A stretch of DNA of 63,399 bases, counting the filler, from Octopus bimaculoides (Eukaryota), in NCBI RefSeq assembly GCF_001194135.2. It is 5 parts of 5 records of this genome, joined end to end, with 100 filler letters (N's around TTAATTAATTAA, not from the genome) between each part and the next. Parts side by side here need not be neighbours in the genome. Positions count along the whole stretch, not along the records: positions 60,161 to 63,399 come from NW_026296027.1; 4 more parts are not named here. One strand, 5' to 3'. Below are positions 61,525 to 63,399 of this stretch, in pieces (positions within the stretch are counted from its first letter, which is position 1; each line of letters opens with the position of its first letter). The notes under the pieces are model-generated. The model made no database searches and had not been told where the DNA came from. It saw only the letters and a list, made by a program, of their open reading frames with translations. The translations under genes were made by a program, and so were the position numbers.

Positions 61525-63399
61525 TTCAGTTGATTGTAACAACGGTGAAAAAAAAAATCAATGTTAATTTTTTGATGTAATTGGGCAAGTGTATGTCAGT
61601 ATTATCAGACAATTGCAAAAAAATGCTTTAAAAAAATTTAAAACTCTTGATGTTTCTACCAACCAAGGTTAAAGAGCTACCTTCCCATGAGGTGGGCTAT
61701 CCTGTGCTAGACACCAAACCGACACCCAAACGCTCCATAGAGTGATCAAATAGCATTCCGGTGTCCGACGTGGAGAAGCTCATACATACATACATACATA
61801 TATACATACATATATACATACATACATACATATATACATACATACTTACATACATACTTACATACATACATGCATACATACATCAAAAAAGTAAAAGAGA
61901 TGTAAATTAGAAATGTATGTATATAAGTACACAGATGTACATATACATGCATCTACATACATATATACATACATACATACATACATACATACATACATAC
62001 ATGTGTGTGTGTGTGGTGGGGCGTATGCACAGAGTGACCTGTAAAGAATGGATACACAGTCAAAACTGCATATGCTCCATAATTTTATTCCACTTCCATC
62101 AACGAACAACNNNNNNNNNNNNNNNNNNNNNNNNNNNNNNNNNNNNNNNNNNNNNNNNNNNNNNNNNNNNNNNNNNNNNNNNNNNNNNNNNNNNNNNNNN
62201 NNNNNNNNNNNNNNNNNNNNNNNNNNNNNNNNNNNNNNNNNNNNNNNNNNNNNNNNNNNNNNNNNNNNNNNNNNNNNNNNNNNNNNNNNNNNNNNNNNNN
62301 NNNNNNNNNNNNNNNNNNNNNNNNNNNNNNNNNNNNNNNNNNNNNNNNNNNTATATATATACATACATTTATATATGTGTGTGTGTGTGTGTTTTGTGGT
62401 TGAATGCGGTCATTGCACCCATCCCCATAACAGATATAGAAGCAAGTACCGCTCTGTCACAAAGGAAAACACACACACTGCTGTGCTGTATTGTATCATT
62501 AAAAACAAATTTCCTTAATATCCTGCTATTTTCCGACCACCTAAAGTATAATTATATGCATACCTACCTACCTACCTACCTACCTACCTACATACATACA
62601 TACATACATACATACATAATACCAAAACAGGAAATTGGAAATATTTTGGTATTATTTATTCACCATTACACGTGTTTCATTTGTTAATAGCATTTATAAC
62701 GTTTTACATGTTAGATAGATGTTTAGGGAATTTCCTATATGAAATTCTTCAGATGGAAACAAAATTATAATACTTTTTTCTCGATATAGTATTTTACTTT
62801 TTCCTCTTTCTGAGGAATTTCGGTTAGGAAATTCCTTAGATATCTGTATGTAACATGTAAAACTTTGTAATTTCTATTAGCAAATGAAACACGTGTAATG
62901 GTGAATAAATGATACCAAAATATTTCTACTTCCCTGTTTTCTTGTACATTAATTCTGCAAATGGACAGAATGGACTAAGCAGAGCAGGAGGATACATGTG
63001 GGATAGAAAAGTCGCTGAGGAGATCAAAGACGTGTGACGAAAGATTTCCAGACAATGGACATAAGATAAAATGAGAACAATAATAAATTAAAGAAGAACG
63101 AATATATAGTGCGTGTGTTTACTTAGCAAGAAAATGAAAATGACTATCCCGAAATATAGCAAAATCCTGCAAATGTTATTTTCATAATCTTCACTTTTGA
63201 TATGAATTTTGACTAAAATATAGCAACAACTGTGACTATTTATTTCGCTTAGCCGTAACGATAATAATAACTTGATATTAACACTCTGTATACTCATGCT
63301 TAAGGAAAAAAGCGTCAGTCAGAGCAATGATAAGAAATTGAATAATATGATAAGGGAATAAGAAATTATGCTAGAAATTCCATTAGCTTACGGATGTTT

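Overview
AT-rich, microsatellite- and gap-rich eukaryotic genomic DNA. The SINE/LINE families and (TA)n/(CAT)n load look like a coleoid cephalopod, probably Octopus (inference from repeat content, not a database match). The only recognisable host gene is an S-adenosylmethionine synthase (MAT) on the minus strand. It has a core promoter at ~9.6 kb and five coding exons (9561->771, 263 codons) with canonical GT/AG sites and consistent phases; its 3' exons lie left of base 1. The rest is mostly mobile-element material: four SINE-like families, a decayed ~2.9 kb RTE LINE plus other RTE fragments, Penelope-like elements (one with a hammerhead-type core), mariner remnants, several MITEs, a Gypsy-like RNase H fragment, a probable solo LTR and a Helitron-like element. 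Four identical 100-bp N44-TTAATTAATTAA-N44 linkers show the window is five joined pieces, so adjacency across them is unproven. The best leads: (i) this MAT copy lacks the intron that carries the METTL16/METT-10 SAM-feedback splice site in other invertebrates, and instead has a TATA plus TCT/5'TOP-type start and a possible intronic C/D snoRNA; (ii) a ~306-bp palindrome seeded at a SINE's 14-bp internal palindrome; (iii) several other long fold-back structures that would form dsRNA. Nearly all ORF-track entries outside these are artefacts of microsatellites or N runs. Repeat boundaries are read by eye and are approximate.
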